From Acaryochloris marina MBIC11017 (GTDB lineage Bacteria; Cyanobacteriota; Cyanobacteriia; Thermosynechococcales; Thermosynechococcaceae), in assembly GCF_000018105.1 (NCBI RefSeq), contig NC_009925.1:5400001-5432000 (forward strand): a stretch of 32,000 nt of DNA, in the 5' to 3' direction. Made by a program: the position numbers and the translations under genes. Shown here piece after piece: positions 1-9,260 of this stretch. A model generated the notes under the pieces. The model was given only the letters and a program-made list of their open reading frames with translations, had not been told where the DNA came from and did not search any database. How positions within the stretch are numbered: position 1 is the first letter of the stretch; each line of letters opens with the position of its first letter.

Positions 1-160
1 ATGATTGGGGCTCAGGTCGTTTTCTAGCCGTCAGTAGATTCGCACCAGAATGTGTAGCCCCGAGGGATTGAGGGCTACACATTTAAGACAGCACACCAAT
101 CATGCTGGCAAGTTTTCAGTCCAGCATGAAAGTGAATCAAATTAATTTAAGACATCAGAT

Positions 161-403
161 CTACTGACCGACATCCTGCCAGAGAGTCCCTTCATGGGGG
201 ACAACGCCTTCGTGAACGACTGCATTAGCATTTGCAGTATTTTCCTGAAGCGAAGAGCGCGTTAAGGTGTAACCCACAACAAAGGCAGAAAAGCCAACAG
301 CCAGAATCGAGAAAGCAGCAAGGGAAGCGCCAAGAATCCGGTCAGACGAGGAAGACTGGGTATGCGAATACATCTCTTTAAAGCCCAAGATTGAATATTT
401 CAA
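161..403 (-). CDS. hypothetical small protein with one predicted transmembrane segment
   Basis: 80-aa ORF containing a hydrophobic stretch (ILGASLAAFSILAVGFSAFVVGY). I recognise no motif. The start could be the internal Met (MYSHT). Confidence 0.3.
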   Translation of the reverse strand: MKYSILGFKEMYSHTQSSSSDRILGASLAAFSILAVGFSAFVVGYTLTRSSLQENTANANAVVHEGVVPHEGTLWQDVGQ

Positions 404-454
404 TCTTTATCTTCTCAGCTTATTCCGTATAAATCGATACCCTTTATAAAAGTT

Positions 455-667
455 TTACTCTTCTGGGACTTGGCTAATTTGAAAAGGCTGAATGAACTGA
501 TCTGTCAAGGACAAAGGCAAATCGGTATTATGTGATACAAAACCATGCCCAATTCCGGCAAAAAATCCGATCAAAGTTGCATAAATTAAAGGTGATCTGC
601 TGTTCATACGGGATGTCGAGAAGTGGAAGAAACAAATAGAAAGCCTATAAAGGCCAGCCATCACCAC
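455..667 (-). CDS. hypothetical small protein, possibly membrane-associated
   Basis: 70-aa ORF with the hydrophobic segment PLIYATLIGFFAGIGHGF. No recognisable motif, and the start is ambiguous. Confidence 0.25.
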   Translation of the reverse strand: MVMAGLYRLSICFFHFSTSRMNSRSPLIYATLIGFFAGIGHGFVSHNTDLPLSLTDQFIQPFQISQVPEE

Positions 668-899
668 TGCTAAATCTTGGGCTTTTGAAATGCATTGGAT
701 AGAAGCTCAAACTCACTGATCACAGCAGGTTTGTTCGTTATGTTACTTAAATTAGCAATTCTTAGTAGAGTAATTCTGTAACGGTTCTTACGGTTTGATA
801 GTTTCAATGGCAATACTATGCGAAAAATGCAATTTAATAATTCAAAAATTGCATTTTCTAGAAATTGAAATTATTTTCAAGTTAATTATTCTGATCCAT

Positions 900-1952
900 T
901 TAAGAATCTAGATTGACTGAAATTTTTAAGATTCCAGCACTACCATCTTTGCCATTTTTATCCTGAATTTTTTGCGTTTCTGTTCGCGACCTCGCCTGGG
1001 CCAGCAGCTTGTACGTCCCTGGTTGAGTTGGCTTCCAGAGATATCGCCAGAGGGTCCATTCATGGGGAGAGCTGGGCTGGTTGATTTCAGCTTCCGTCCA
1101 AGTCTGCCCATTATCCGTACTAATTCTGACCCATTCCATGGGCTGGGCCTGGTCAATCGCCACCCCCGCAACAGTCACTCCTCTCTGCCATCCTTCTTCT
1201 CCTGTGCGAGGTAGATCGACATGGTAGTTTTTATTCCAGACTTTCTCCTCTTGGACCTGCTGAGTGATGGCATGGGTGGCAATCTTGGCAGTATTCGACC
1301 AGCCCTGACGTTCCCAATATCCTTTTTTGGGGGTGGCAATCGCCTCAATTTCCGTTAGCCATTTGGGTTGCTTTTGGCCATACCGCCCCGGAATGATAAT
1401 CCGCACAGGAAAACCATGGGCTTTCGTTAGGGGTTCCCCATTCATCCGATGCACGAGCTGCACATCTGGTCTCATCAAATCGATAACGGGCAAAGTCGTC
1501 TCGTAGGAGTCAGCCGCATGAAGTAAAAATTCAACAGCCTTGTCCTGTACTCCCACTTGTTTAAGAAAGGGCGATAATGGCGTCCCTGTCCACAGGGCAT
1601 TGCCGATTTGCTTTCCTCCAGTACGATTGCCAATGCACTCCATCGTTAAATAAAACTCCGTTTGGGGAGCCGCTAGAATATCGTCAAATTTTAGGGGCAG
1701 CGGTTGCTCCACCAGACCTGTCAACTGCAGTTGCCATGTGTTGAGATCGACATCTGGGGGTGACGCATAGGATTGCACATAAAACTCACCGACTGGGGTT
1801 ATTCGATGATCCGGTAAGGGCCGCTCAAATTGTCGTAAATCAGCAGAGAACAAAAGGTGCAAGTGCTGATGGTTTACACATCCTGGTAGGAATGTTGCAC
1901 ATATCCCACCAGATGCTTGCAAAAGTCGCTTTAATGCCTGACGACGTTTCAT
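900..1952 (-). CDS. molybdopterin-dependent oxidoreductase, sulfite-oxidase family, Tat-exported
   Basis: N-terminal twin-arginine-like signal (MKRRQALKRLLQASGG). The TMECIGN motif carries the conserved Mo-ligand Cys. A C-terminal Ig-like dimerisation-type region is typical of SorA/SUOX-like proteins. Confidence 0.85.
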   Translation of the reverse strand: MKRRQALKRLLQASGGICATFLPGCVNHQHLHLLFSADLRQFERPLPDHRITPVGEFYVQSYASPPDVDLNTWQLQLTGLVEQPLPLKFDDILAAPQTEFYLTMECIGNRTGGKQIGNALWTGTPLSPFLKQVGVQDKAVEFLLHAADSYETTLPVIDLMRPDVQLVHRMNGEPLTKAHGFPVRIIIPGRYGQKQPKWLTEIEAIATPKKGYWERQGWSNTAKIATHAITQQVQEEKVWNKNYHVDLPRTGEEGWQRGVTVAGVAIDQAQPMEWVRISTDNGQTWTEAEINQPSSPHEWTLWRYLWKPTQPGTYKLLAQARSRTETQKIQDKNGKDGSAGILKISVNLDS

Positions 1953-2089
1953 AAACTGTTGCCCCCTTCAATCTCTGCTGTTTCTAAGCAATTGCCTGGC
2001 TCTAGCTTAAAGGAACAATCTAAGGACAACCTGAGAGAGTATAGATGGCACACCAAGGAATCAGGCTAGGGCTGGCAAAGGAAAAGGAA

Positions 2090-2530
2090 TTATTGCGCCA
2101 ATTCTATCGATTCCTCAAAGATTTGGACTTCATCAAAAGGACAGGATTGAGGGAGTTCCTGGAGATTAAGAGGTGTGTCCTGCTCGACCACAATTAGAGC
2201 TAAGGGATAAGCCCATTCAATTGCCTCAGGCAAATAAGGTTTCAAGCTAGGATTTTCCTTGACTAGCCGAACAATTCGATACCGTTGCTCTCGAATCGTA
2301 CCTGTCCAAGATCGAGAACGGGCCTCTGGCTGGTCATACCACTTCAGCAGATGACCCAACAGAACGCCCAATCGATTGCGAAGTTCTTGCCGTTCCTGCC
2401 GACCCAACGATTCAATTTCCTCAACTAGATTTTGAATATCTACTTGCTCCCACTGCTGCGCCTTAATCAGCTCGATTTGACGTTGCGTCCAAGCGTAAAA
2501 ATCTTGCTCATAAAGGGTAGTGGTTTGCAT
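2090..2530 (-). CDS. DUF29 family protein
   Basis: The N-terminus YEQDFYAWTQRQIELIKAQQWEQVDIQNLVEEIESLGRQERQEL is the characteristic DUF29 signature common in cyanobacteria. Confidence 0.85.
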   Translation of the reverse strand: MQTTTLYEQDFYAWTQRQIELIKAQQWEQVDIQNLVEEIESLGRQERQELRNRLGVLLGHLLKWYDQPEARSRSWTGTIREQRYRIVRLVKENPSLKPYLPEAIEWAYPLALIVVEQDTPLNLQELPQSCPFDEVQIFEESIELAQ

Positions 2531-2987
2531 GGGAGCTTTCGCACTGATTTCATCCTTATTCTGGCATGTTCAGATTTAGTCCGTTGCTGCGATCGCACAT
2601 TCCACTACAGGATAAGATGACAAACGATCAGTAGCTTGACAGGGTTCATTAATCCCTAAGCTCAAACGATTACAACCTATACATTCAAGCCCTATTCAAT
2701 AGATCTTATTGGAGAGGACGCACCGCCAGGCGTTACCACGTCGGTTAGCCCCTTCGACAAAATACGTTGGTACCTCTCGCTCAGCATCGATCAGAAGCTC
2801 TGTTGCATGCAAGACTTGTCTGTGGAGTAAGTCTTTTTGGGCAATTTATTAACAGATCATCTGCAAGTCGGCGTTCTAAATCGTTATTCACTGCTCTACC
2901 ACCGTGGGCAACGCAACCAACAAGTGATTCAGGTTGAGGTGCTGCTTGCTAATCAATATGAGCTGTTCTTTTATCGAGAAGATATCA

Positions 2988-3806
2988 ATGACAAGGTTCC
3001 GTTTTTCAGCTTTTGTACTCGTCATCCTCAGTGCCTCTTTAGGGGGCTGTTCATTTTTGAACCAAACATCAGCTGGGAATAATAGTCGTGCAAACCTGGA
3101 ATCATTTTGTGAGGAAGCAATCAACAACAGCGAAAGTACCAATCGTCCCCAACCTGAAGCACCGACTATTCTGGGGACAAGTCCTGAACAAGCTTGGGTC
3201 CGTCCAAGCTTCAAGGGTCCTGATGGGCGATTTGGTGCGGGAACGGCTTTCGTTGTGAGTCAAGATAATGCCGTTTTCTTACTAACGGCACACCATCTGT
3301 TTGGTCCGGCTGGAGGGTTAGACCGCGAATATAGATGGTCAGAAATGCCAAATCTCGTCTCTGGTGCGTCAGGAGAGAACCCTCTCGGCAAGGTTTCAGT
3401 CATCACAGGGAAAGCACTTCCAGTTAAGGGGGCTCGCGGTATGCAGGGAACTCAATTAAATGCGGACCTTGCTATCTTTCCAGTTCAATCGGAAAGCCAA
3501 GTGCACGCTATGCCCCTTGCCCAAACCCTCCCTCAAGTTGGTGATGATGTATGGCTAGTGGGTGAAGTCATCGGTAGCTCTGAATATCGGCACAAAGCTG
3601 TCGTGAATGAAGTTTCGAAGGAAGGCATATATTACCGTTTTGATAACAAGATTGAACTCCGGGCAACGAGTGGTGCCCCCATCGTGGATGCGAAGGGACA
3701 GGTAGTCGCGATGAATCTTGGCGGCGGAGAATATCAGGGGGCCATTATGGGGATTGGCAACCCAGCACCTGTTATGAACTGCCATTTACAGGCCGCTTGG
3801 CATTGA
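2988..3806 (+). CDS. trypsin-like serine protease, predicted lipoprotein
   Basis: The ORF-track start at 2934 is probably over-extended. The Met at 2988 gives a signal peptide plus lipobox (FVLVILSASLGGC). A His (LLTAHHLFG), Asp (DLAIF) and Ser (ATSGAPIV) triad pattern is present. Confidence 0.7.
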   Translation: MTRFRFSAFVLVILSASLGGCSFLNQTSAGNNSRANLESFCEEAINNSESTNRPQPEAPTILGTSPEQAWVRPSFKGPDGRFGAGTAFVVSQDNAVFLLTAHHLFGPAGGLDREYRWSEMPNLVSGASGENPLGKVSVITGKALPVKGARGMQGTQLNADLAIFPVQSESQVHAMPLAQTLPQVGDDVWLVGEVIGSSEYRHKAVVNEVSKEGIYYRFDNKIELRATSGAPIVDAKGQVVAMNLGGGEYQGAIMGIGNPAPVMNCHLQAAWH

Positions 3807-3931
3807 TAGATTGAACTATTGCCTAGGCAGAAACTGCCCTAAATTGAAGCTTGGCGGATACTTCACAACTGTGGGGATCTGCTACAGGGACACTTCACTG
3901 CATGCTCTCGGTAAATAAACGGTTTAAAGCA

Positions 3932-4537
3932 ATGTCTTCATTGATAGGACATAGTCTAGCGGGGTTAACGGTGGGGGTTACCCATAAGCAATTCTACTTC
4001 CTAACAACCTCCTGGACAAAGCTGCTGTGGATAATCTGGTTAGTGGTCGTTGCGATCGCACCTGACTTTGATTACATCGTCCCTTTCCTACATCCCAGTG
4101 CCCATGAAGGCTTGCGGATTACTCATTCCCTTTGTTATGCCCTGTTGTTACCCTCTCTCACCGTTATTGGTTTGAGGGTATTGGGATGCGATCGCAAATC
4201 TCTCCTCAAGGCTACGACACAATTGGCATTGGCAAGTGCATCCCATATGGGCTTAGACCTTTTGGTTGGCGTCACTAGTCTGCCCATCCTGTGGCCTTTC
4301 AGTAACCATGTATTCAAGCTCCCTTTCGGTCTACTTCCGAGTGCGGGTAAGCCCAGTCTGTCCAACTATTACTTCTACTACAACTTGGGCATTGAAATGG
4401 GCATTCTGATTCCCTTAAGTTGCAGTTTACTCATCAGCCAATATAAAAGACTTTCTCTGTGGAGATGGGGCATCATTGGTTTACTGCTGACCGTATCCAC
4501 CTATTTCATGCATTTGGCCTATGGGTTAAGTCGCTAG
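3932..4537 (+). CDS. membrane-bound metal-dependent hydrolase (YdjM/DUF457-like)
   Basis: The start MSSLIGHSLAGL, the APDFDYI and HEGLRITHSL motifs, and multiple TM segments support the call. The ORF-track start at 3851 is probably too long. Confidence 0.6.
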   Translation: MSSLIGHSLAGLTVGVTHKQFYFLTTSWTKLLWIIWLVVVAIAPDFDYIVPFLHPSAHEGLRITHSLCYALLLPSLTVIGLRVLGCDRKSLLKATTQLALASASHMGLDLLVGVTSLPILWPFSNHVFKLPFGLLPSAGKPSLSNYYFYYNLGIEMGILIPLSCSLLISQYKRLSLWRWGIIGLLLTVSTYFMHLAYGLSR

Positions 4538-4633
4538 CTGCCTTCTATAGGTATTGGCAGTTTCACTCCCCCAATCAGCCGATTCAATGCAAAGTCCCGA
4601 TTTGGATCAAAAATTTTCTGTCCCCTTTCTCTC

Positions 4634-5146
4634 ATGGAACTCCATCTTGTTGATCAGAATCCAGCTGTAGTCACAGCTTGGCAAACCGCTTTTGCCAATG
4701 TTGAGGGGGTATTTATTCACCCAGGAGATATCCTCTCGACCGCGGAGGATACGATTGTTTCCCCAGCCAATAGTTACGGATATATGGATGGCGGAATTGA
4801 TCATTTATATATCAAGTTCTTCGGATTAAAAATACAGACAACACTGCAAAAGGCTATCGATAAAAGATCAGAAGGATATTTACCCGTTGGTTGTGCTGAA
4901 ATCATCCAAACAGCTCATCCTCGCATACCGTATATGATTGCTGCACCCACCATGGTGACGCCAGAAGCAATCCCCTCTAAAAATTGTTTTTATGCAATGA
5001 TGGCCATCTTGAATTTGGTTTCACAATATCCACAGATTTCGAAACTCTTCTGTCCAGGGCTGGGAACAGGCATCGGCTGTGTTGAACCTCATCTTGCCGC
5101 CCAGGAGATGGCCATGGCTTACCGAAAGTGGCTACATCATTCTTAA
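4634..5146 (+). CDS. macro-domain (ADP-ribose binding/processing) protein
   Basis: IVSPANSYGYMDGGID followed by GLGTGIGC resembles the macro-domain phosphate-binding loops. The 170-aa size fits a single domain. Confidence 0.6.
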   Translation: MELHLVDQNPAVVTAWQTAFANVEGVFIHPGDILSTAEDTIVSPANSYGYMDGGIDHLYIKFFGLKIQTTLQKAIDKRSEGYLPVGCAEIIQTAHPRIPYMIAAPTMVTPEAIPSKNCFYAMMAILNLVSQYPQISKLFCPGLGTGIGCVEPHLAAQEMAMAYRKWLHHS

Positions 5147-5220
5147 GCTTGATAACCTTTAGTTCGATCGATAACGCGGCAAGGGATAAGATAATTGAGT
5201 GCTTCTTAAGCATTAAGAAT

Positions 5221-5919
5221 ATGACACAACTATTGCCTGTCAAAAAGATAATTTTCCTGACTCTTGGCCTTATCAGCATAAGTCAATCTACCGGACAAAA
5301 TCTCGCACCAGCAATAGCACAAAACGCTTCATTAATCCCTTCGGAGTTTACCCAAAAACAGTCTGATTTATTGCTTTATGGGGGGCCTCGAACCAGATCT
5401 CCATTAGTGCAATGGTATCTCGAAGAACTAGCCGTCTCCTATCAGTATATTTCTTTAGATATCCGGGGGCAGGAACAGCGGCAGCCTGAATTTTTAGCCA
5501 TCAATCCTATGGGAAAAGTTCCAGCAATGGTAGATGGAACTTTTAAATTATGGGAGTCCGGTGCCATTCTCCTGTATTTAACTGACAAATACGGAAAAGA
5601 GCCTCAATCTATCGAAGAAAGAGCCCTCTTAAACCAGTGGGTGATCTTCGCCAATGCCACCTTAGGACCCGGGCTATTTCGCGAAGATCGACGAGAACGG
5701 GAAATGCCAAGATTACTGGCACCTTTAAATGACATCTTTAAACAACAGCCCTTTATCCTTGGCTCTGAACTCAGTGTCGCAGATGTAGCGGTAGGTTCAT
5801 ACTTGTACTATGCCAAACTCGGGCTATCTCTAGATTTTAGCGACTATCCAGCAGTCGAGACCTATCTCAATCGCCTCTCAAAGCGACCGGCATTTATCAA
5901 GACCATGGGACAGCGATAA
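5221..5919 (+). CDS. glutathione S-transferase family protein with N-terminal hydrophobic extension
   Basis: A GST N-domain (LLLYGGPRTRSPLVQWYLEEL, NPMGKVPAMVDG, LWESGAILLYL) and C-domain are present. The Met at 5221 gives a signal/anchor-like segment (KKIIFLTLGLISISQS). The ORF-track start at 5128 overlaps the upstream gene. Confidence 0.8.
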   Translation: MTQLLPVKKIIFLTLGLISISQSTGQNLAPAIAQNASLIPSEFTQKQSDLLLYGGPRTRSPLVQWYLEELAVSYQYISLDIRGQEQRQPEFLAINPMGKVPAMVDGTFKLWESGAILLYLTDKYGKEPQSIEERALLNQWVIFANATLGPGLFREDRREREMPRLLAPLNDIFKQQPFILGSELSVADVAVGSYLYYAKLGLSLDFSDYPAVETYLNRLSKRPAFIKTMGQR

Positions 5920-5962
5920 AGTCGCACCAATCGACACTGGCCATGACTCCCTCAGTGGTGGC

Positions 5963-6676
5963 TCATCCGTTTACGAGTGATTGGAGAGTTGGATCCGTAA
6001 AGTCTTGGATACAGTATTCGGCTCCTGCCTGTGTCAATTCCGCTTCTGAGTGGGTGGTGAGGACGCCCCAGCATCGCATTCCCGCATTTCGCGCCGCTTG
6101 CGTACCTGCGATCGCATCTTCAAATACCAAGCATTGATCCGGTGAAACCCCCAATCGTTCTGCCACCAACAGATAACACTGTGGATCGGGTTTGCCCCGA
6201 TCCACATCCGTTTCAATCACCTGGGCTGCAAAGAAGTCCCCAAGCTGGTCTTGATTCATCAACAAATCCACATTTTCACGGCAGGCAGAGGTGCCCAAGC
6301 CTAGTTTCAGTCCGATGGCCTGAGCCTGTTGCAAAAAGGGAATCAACCCAGGCATCCACTGAATCTCATCCTGAATCAAAGAACGATAAACGGCTTCCTT
6401 CTCAGCCCCCCAACGCTGGATATCAGCAGCGGCCACGGGATGTCCTAGTAATTCCGGCAATAGATCTTCATTCCGTTTGCCTCCCATTTGCTCTAAACGG
6501 TCTCGGCTAGCCACGGCGAGTTCTGGAATCGTCGCACTATACTGCACCCAAGCATCCAGATGATAGGGCATCGTATCGCAAAGAACTCCATCCATATCGA
6601 AGATCAGAGCTTGTAGGGGTAATGCAAAATTTGCAACGGCTTGATTTTGAGGAGAGACAGACGCTTGTTCATTCAT
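5963..6676 (-). CDS. HAD-superfamily hydrolase, beta-phosphoglucomutase-like subfamily IA
   Basis: Motif I is LIFDMDGVLCDT, motif II GLGTSA, and motif III/IV K...VFEDAIAGTQAA. Confidence 0.85.
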   Translation of the reverse strand: MNEQASVSPQNQAVANFALPLQALIFDMDGVLCDTMPYHLDAWVQYSATIPELAVASRDRLEQMGGKRNEDLLPELLGHPVAAADIQRWGAEKEAVYRSLIQDEIQWMPGLIPFLQQAQAIGLKLGLGTSACRENVDLLMNQDQLGDFFAAQVIETDVDRGKPDPQCYLLVAERLGVSPDQCLVFEDAIAGTQAARNAGMRCWGVLTTHSEAELTQAGAEYCIQDFTDPTLQSLVNG

Positions 6677-6764
6677 CGAGCAAAGGATCCAAAACTGAAC
6701 ACACCGTAGAAAACATGCTAACTTTTATAAAGTTTATTTAAGCATTCTGCCTGCCCTTTGCCCT

Positions 6765-7232
6765 ATGACTTTGTCAAAACTCTTGTACTGGATCTATACC
6801 TTCATTCATCCAGTCCTGATGTGGACACTGTTTGGTATCTGTATCTATGCCATGACCTTAGGGCTGAAGGTTCGCACCACCCGCACCACCCCTGACAAAG
6901 ATCTGCGCAAATCTCTGATTAAACAGCGCTTCAATATCAAGCATCATCAAATTGGGGCAATCCTGTTATCAATTATGGTCCTCGGCTCCATTGGCGGTAT
7001 GGGGGTCACCTATATCAACAACGGCAAACTGTTTGTAGGAGCGCACCTATTGGCAGGGCTAGGGATGACAGGACTTGTAGCCATCTTGGCAAGTCTCACG
7101 CCTCTGATGCAGCGAGGCAGTCAAACCGCCCGTGATGTCCATTTATGGCTAAGTGTATTGATTTTGGGCCTCTTTGGTTGGGAAGCCATTACCGGTATGC
7201 AGATTGTGCAACGGATTATCGAACAGGGCTAG
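6765..7232 (+). CDS. DUF4079-like integral membrane protein
   Basis: Four predicted TM helices and conserved His residues (HHQIG, GAHLLAG) resemble the cyanobacterial/plant DUF4079 family. Confidence 0.55.
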   Translation: MTLSKLLYWIYTFIHPVLMWTLFGICIYAMTLGLKVRTTRTTPDKDLRKSLIKQRFNIKHHQIGAILLSIMVLGSIGGMGVTYINNGKLFVGAHLLAGLGMTGLVAILASLTPLMQRGSQTARDVHLWLSVLILGLFGWEAITGMQIVQRIIEQG

Positions 7233-7287
7233 AAACCCTCACCGCAACGTAATATTGTTAACATAAGTTCACCTATCCACCATAGAT

Positions 7288-7761
7288 ATGACCTCTACAG
7301 CAAGTTCTAATCGTTGGCTCACTCTTTTATTTCAGTCCACCTCGGACACAACCGTTTGGTTCCAAGTAGCCTTGACGATCTTGCGAGTCATCGTCAGCTT
7401 TTTCATGATTCACAACGGCGTTGATAAGTTAGCCGATGTGGATGGATTTGCCACCAACGTGGTTGCCAATGGAATGGGCCTACCTTTCCCCGTATTCCTC
7501 ACCTATTGCTCCGCCTATGCTGAAATCATCGGTTCTATTCTGCTGATTTTTGGTCTGCTCAGTCGGCCTGCAGCCTTATCGTTGTTCTTCACCATGGTGA
7601 TGGCAATTTACTTCCATATCAAAGTCGATGGCCTCCAAATTGGGTCCTTTGAAACTGCCACCCTCTATGCCTGTTCCTTTCTCTTTTTCCTGGTCAATGG
7701 CGGTGGTCAATATTCTCTCGATGCTTTGATTAGCAATCAGCTAGGCGGCTCTAAAGAGTAG
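7288..7761 (+). CDS. DoxX family membrane protein
   Basis: ILRVIVSFFMIHNGVDKL plus four TM helices, and the YAEIIGSILLIFGLLSRPAAL pattern, are typical of DoxX. Confidence 0.8.
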   Translation: MTSTASSNRWLTLLFQSTSDTTVWFQVALTILRVIVSFFMIHNGVDKLADVDGFATNVVANGMGLPFPVFLTYCSAYAEIIGSILLIFGLLSRPAALSLFFTMVMAIYFHIKVDGLQIGSFETATLYACSFLFFLVNGGGQYSLDALISNQLGGSKE

Positions 7762-7790
7762 TCCCAACTCTACCCAGTAAAGATTCAACA

Positions 7791-7822
7791 AGCCCTCAGT
7801 TATCGACTACTGGGGGCTTTTT
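7791..7822 (+). terminator. intrinsic terminator between convergent doxX-like gene and dnaB
   Basis: A 10-bp stem pairs AGCCCTCAGT (7791-7800) with ACTGGGGGCT (7809-7818), including one G-T wobble. The loop is 8 nt, and the stem's last T plus four further Ts form a TTTTT run. Confidence 0.7.
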
Positions 7823-7828
7823 ACTGCA

Positions 7829-9190
7829 TTAACCCATACCTTCGGGTTTAGCCAAATTGAAGAAGCGGGTCAGTTTCGGCTCAAACAACAGTTTGACTGT
7901 CCCTACCGGGCCATTCCGGTGCTTGGCAATATTCAGTTCGCAGATACCTCGCTCAGGGCTATCAGGATCATAGTAGTCATCCCGATAGAGCAGCATAATC
8001 AAATCCGCATCCTGCTCAATAGAACCTGATTCCCGCAGATCCGACATTAACGGTCGCTTATTAGTCCGAGACTCCACACCCCGGCTCAACTGAGAGAGAG
8101 CAACCACGGGCACATTCAGTTCCCGAGCCAGTCCTTTCAGTGCCCGAGTAATCTTAGAAATTTCTTGCACCCGGCCATCCGAGGCATCACCTCCACCCAT
8201 CAGCTGGAGATAATCTAAAAGAATCATACCTAAGCCTTCAGGATGTTCTGACTGCAGCCGCCGAGCATTCGATCTCAACTCGGTAATGCTGGGGTTAGGC
8301 GCATCATCAATATAAATTGAAAGCTGAGAGAGTTTACCTATGGCTCGGCTTAGGGGTTCCCACTGGGTCTGATTGATGCGTCCAGCCCGCAGGTAGTTAC
8401 TATCAATCCCCGCTTCTCCAGCCAACATCCGCTGGACGAGCTGCTCTTTGGACATCTCCAAGCTAAAGATGGCAACCCCCAGGTTATGGATTTCACAAAT
8501 TTGCCGAGCAATTTGTAGGGCTAACGCCGTTTTACCCATGGCAGGACGACCCGCCACAATAATTAAGTCCGACCGCTGGAAGCCTTGGGTCATGGCATCC
8601 AGGTCGTAGAAATTACAGGATAAACCGGGTAAAACCTGCCCTAAAGATCGCTGTTCTAAATCAGCGAAGGTACTCGCCAAAATATCTTCTGTGGCGACTA
8701 GGCCTTGCCGCACCCGATCTTGCGTGACGTTAAAAATTTGCTGTTCTGCTTCGTCCAAGACCGTTTCTAAGGTCTTGGAGGTGTCGTAGGCCAATTGCAT
8801 GACCTCCGTCGCCCCTTTGATCAGCTGTCGCCGCAGAAACTTGTCTTTAATCAGGGCGGCATATTGATCGATATTGATAGCGCTGACCGTACGGTCCACT
8901 AGCTGGGCTAGCTTACCTTGCCCACCGACTTTATCTAGGAGTTCATGATCCTGTAGCCAAGCAGTGACACACATCAAGTCAGTGGGACTGCCTTGCCCAT
9001 GCAGATTCAGTGCGGCGCGGTAAATTTCTTGATGAGCGCTGAGATAAAAGGTCTCAGGCCGAAGCAAATCTGCAACTCGGCCAATTGCTTCTGGGTCCAG
9101 CAGAATACCCCCCAGAATGGATTCCTCGGCTTCAACATTCTGAGGGGGTAAGCGATCGCTAGCGGGTTGGAAATCTAGCTCGTAAACCAT
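7829..9190 (-). CDS. dnaB: replicative DNA helicase DnaB (no intein)
   Basis: The N-terminus PPQNVEAEESILGGILLD, Walker A GRPAMGKT, LDYLQLM and ALSQLSR motifs are present. The 453-aa length fits an intein-free DnaB. Confidence 0.97.
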   Translation of the reverse strand: MVYELDFQPASDRLPPQNVEAEESILGGILLDPEAIGRVADLLRPETFYLSAHQEIYRAALNLHGQGSPTDLMCVTAWLQDHELLDKVGGQGKLAQLVDRTVSAINIDQYAALIKDKFLRRQLIKGATEVMQLAYDTSKTLETVLDEAEQQIFNVTQDRVRQGLVATEDILASTFADLEQRSLGQVLPGLSCNFYDLDAMTQGFQRSDLIIVAGRPAMGKTALALQIARQICEIHNLGVAIFSLEMSKEQLVQRMLAGEAGIDSNYLRAGRINQTQWEPLSRAIGKLSQLSIYIDDAPNPSITELRSNARRLQSEHPEGLGMILLDYLQLMGGGDASDGRVQEISKITRALKGLARELNVPVVALSQLSRGVESRTNKRPLMSDLRESGSIEQDADLIMLLYRDDYYDPDSPERGICELNIAKHRNGPVGTVKLLFEPKLTRFFNLAKPEGMG

Positions 9191-9260
9191 AGGTATGCCA
9201 ACAGGTAAATCCCTTTAGTTAGAAGATAATCTTACTCGGGAGGTGCCAGCACCCTAGCAT

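Noticed and set aside
926-1954. ORFs 926-1171(-), 972-1214(+) and 1760-1954(+) overlapping the Mo-oxidoreductase gene.
   Set aside because: They are out-of-frame or antisense shadows of a well-supported 350-aa gene, with Arg/Pro/Ser-rich nonsense-like sequences.
2695-2845. A short open frame on the minus strand (...ELLIDAEREVPTYFVEGANRRGNAWRCVLSNKIY*) in the DUF29/protease divergent spacer, possibly a gene remnant.
   Set aside because: It has only about 46 codons, no ATG or GTG start with an RBS, and I cannot assign a family. It may be a relic, but this is unsupported.
2432-6510. Overlapping or antisense ORFs 2432-2620, 2837-3082, 2888-3214, 3555-3785, 4135-4365, 4459-4653, 4607-4804, 4977-5279, 5943-6137, 6034-6216 and 6142-6510.
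   Set aside because: Each lies within or opposite a gene with clear family motifs, and none has motifs or an RBS of its own.
7829-9190. A possible intein in DnaB, which is common in cyanobacterial dnaB.
   Set aside because: The protein is 453 aa and the helicase motifs are contiguous, so there is no insertion.
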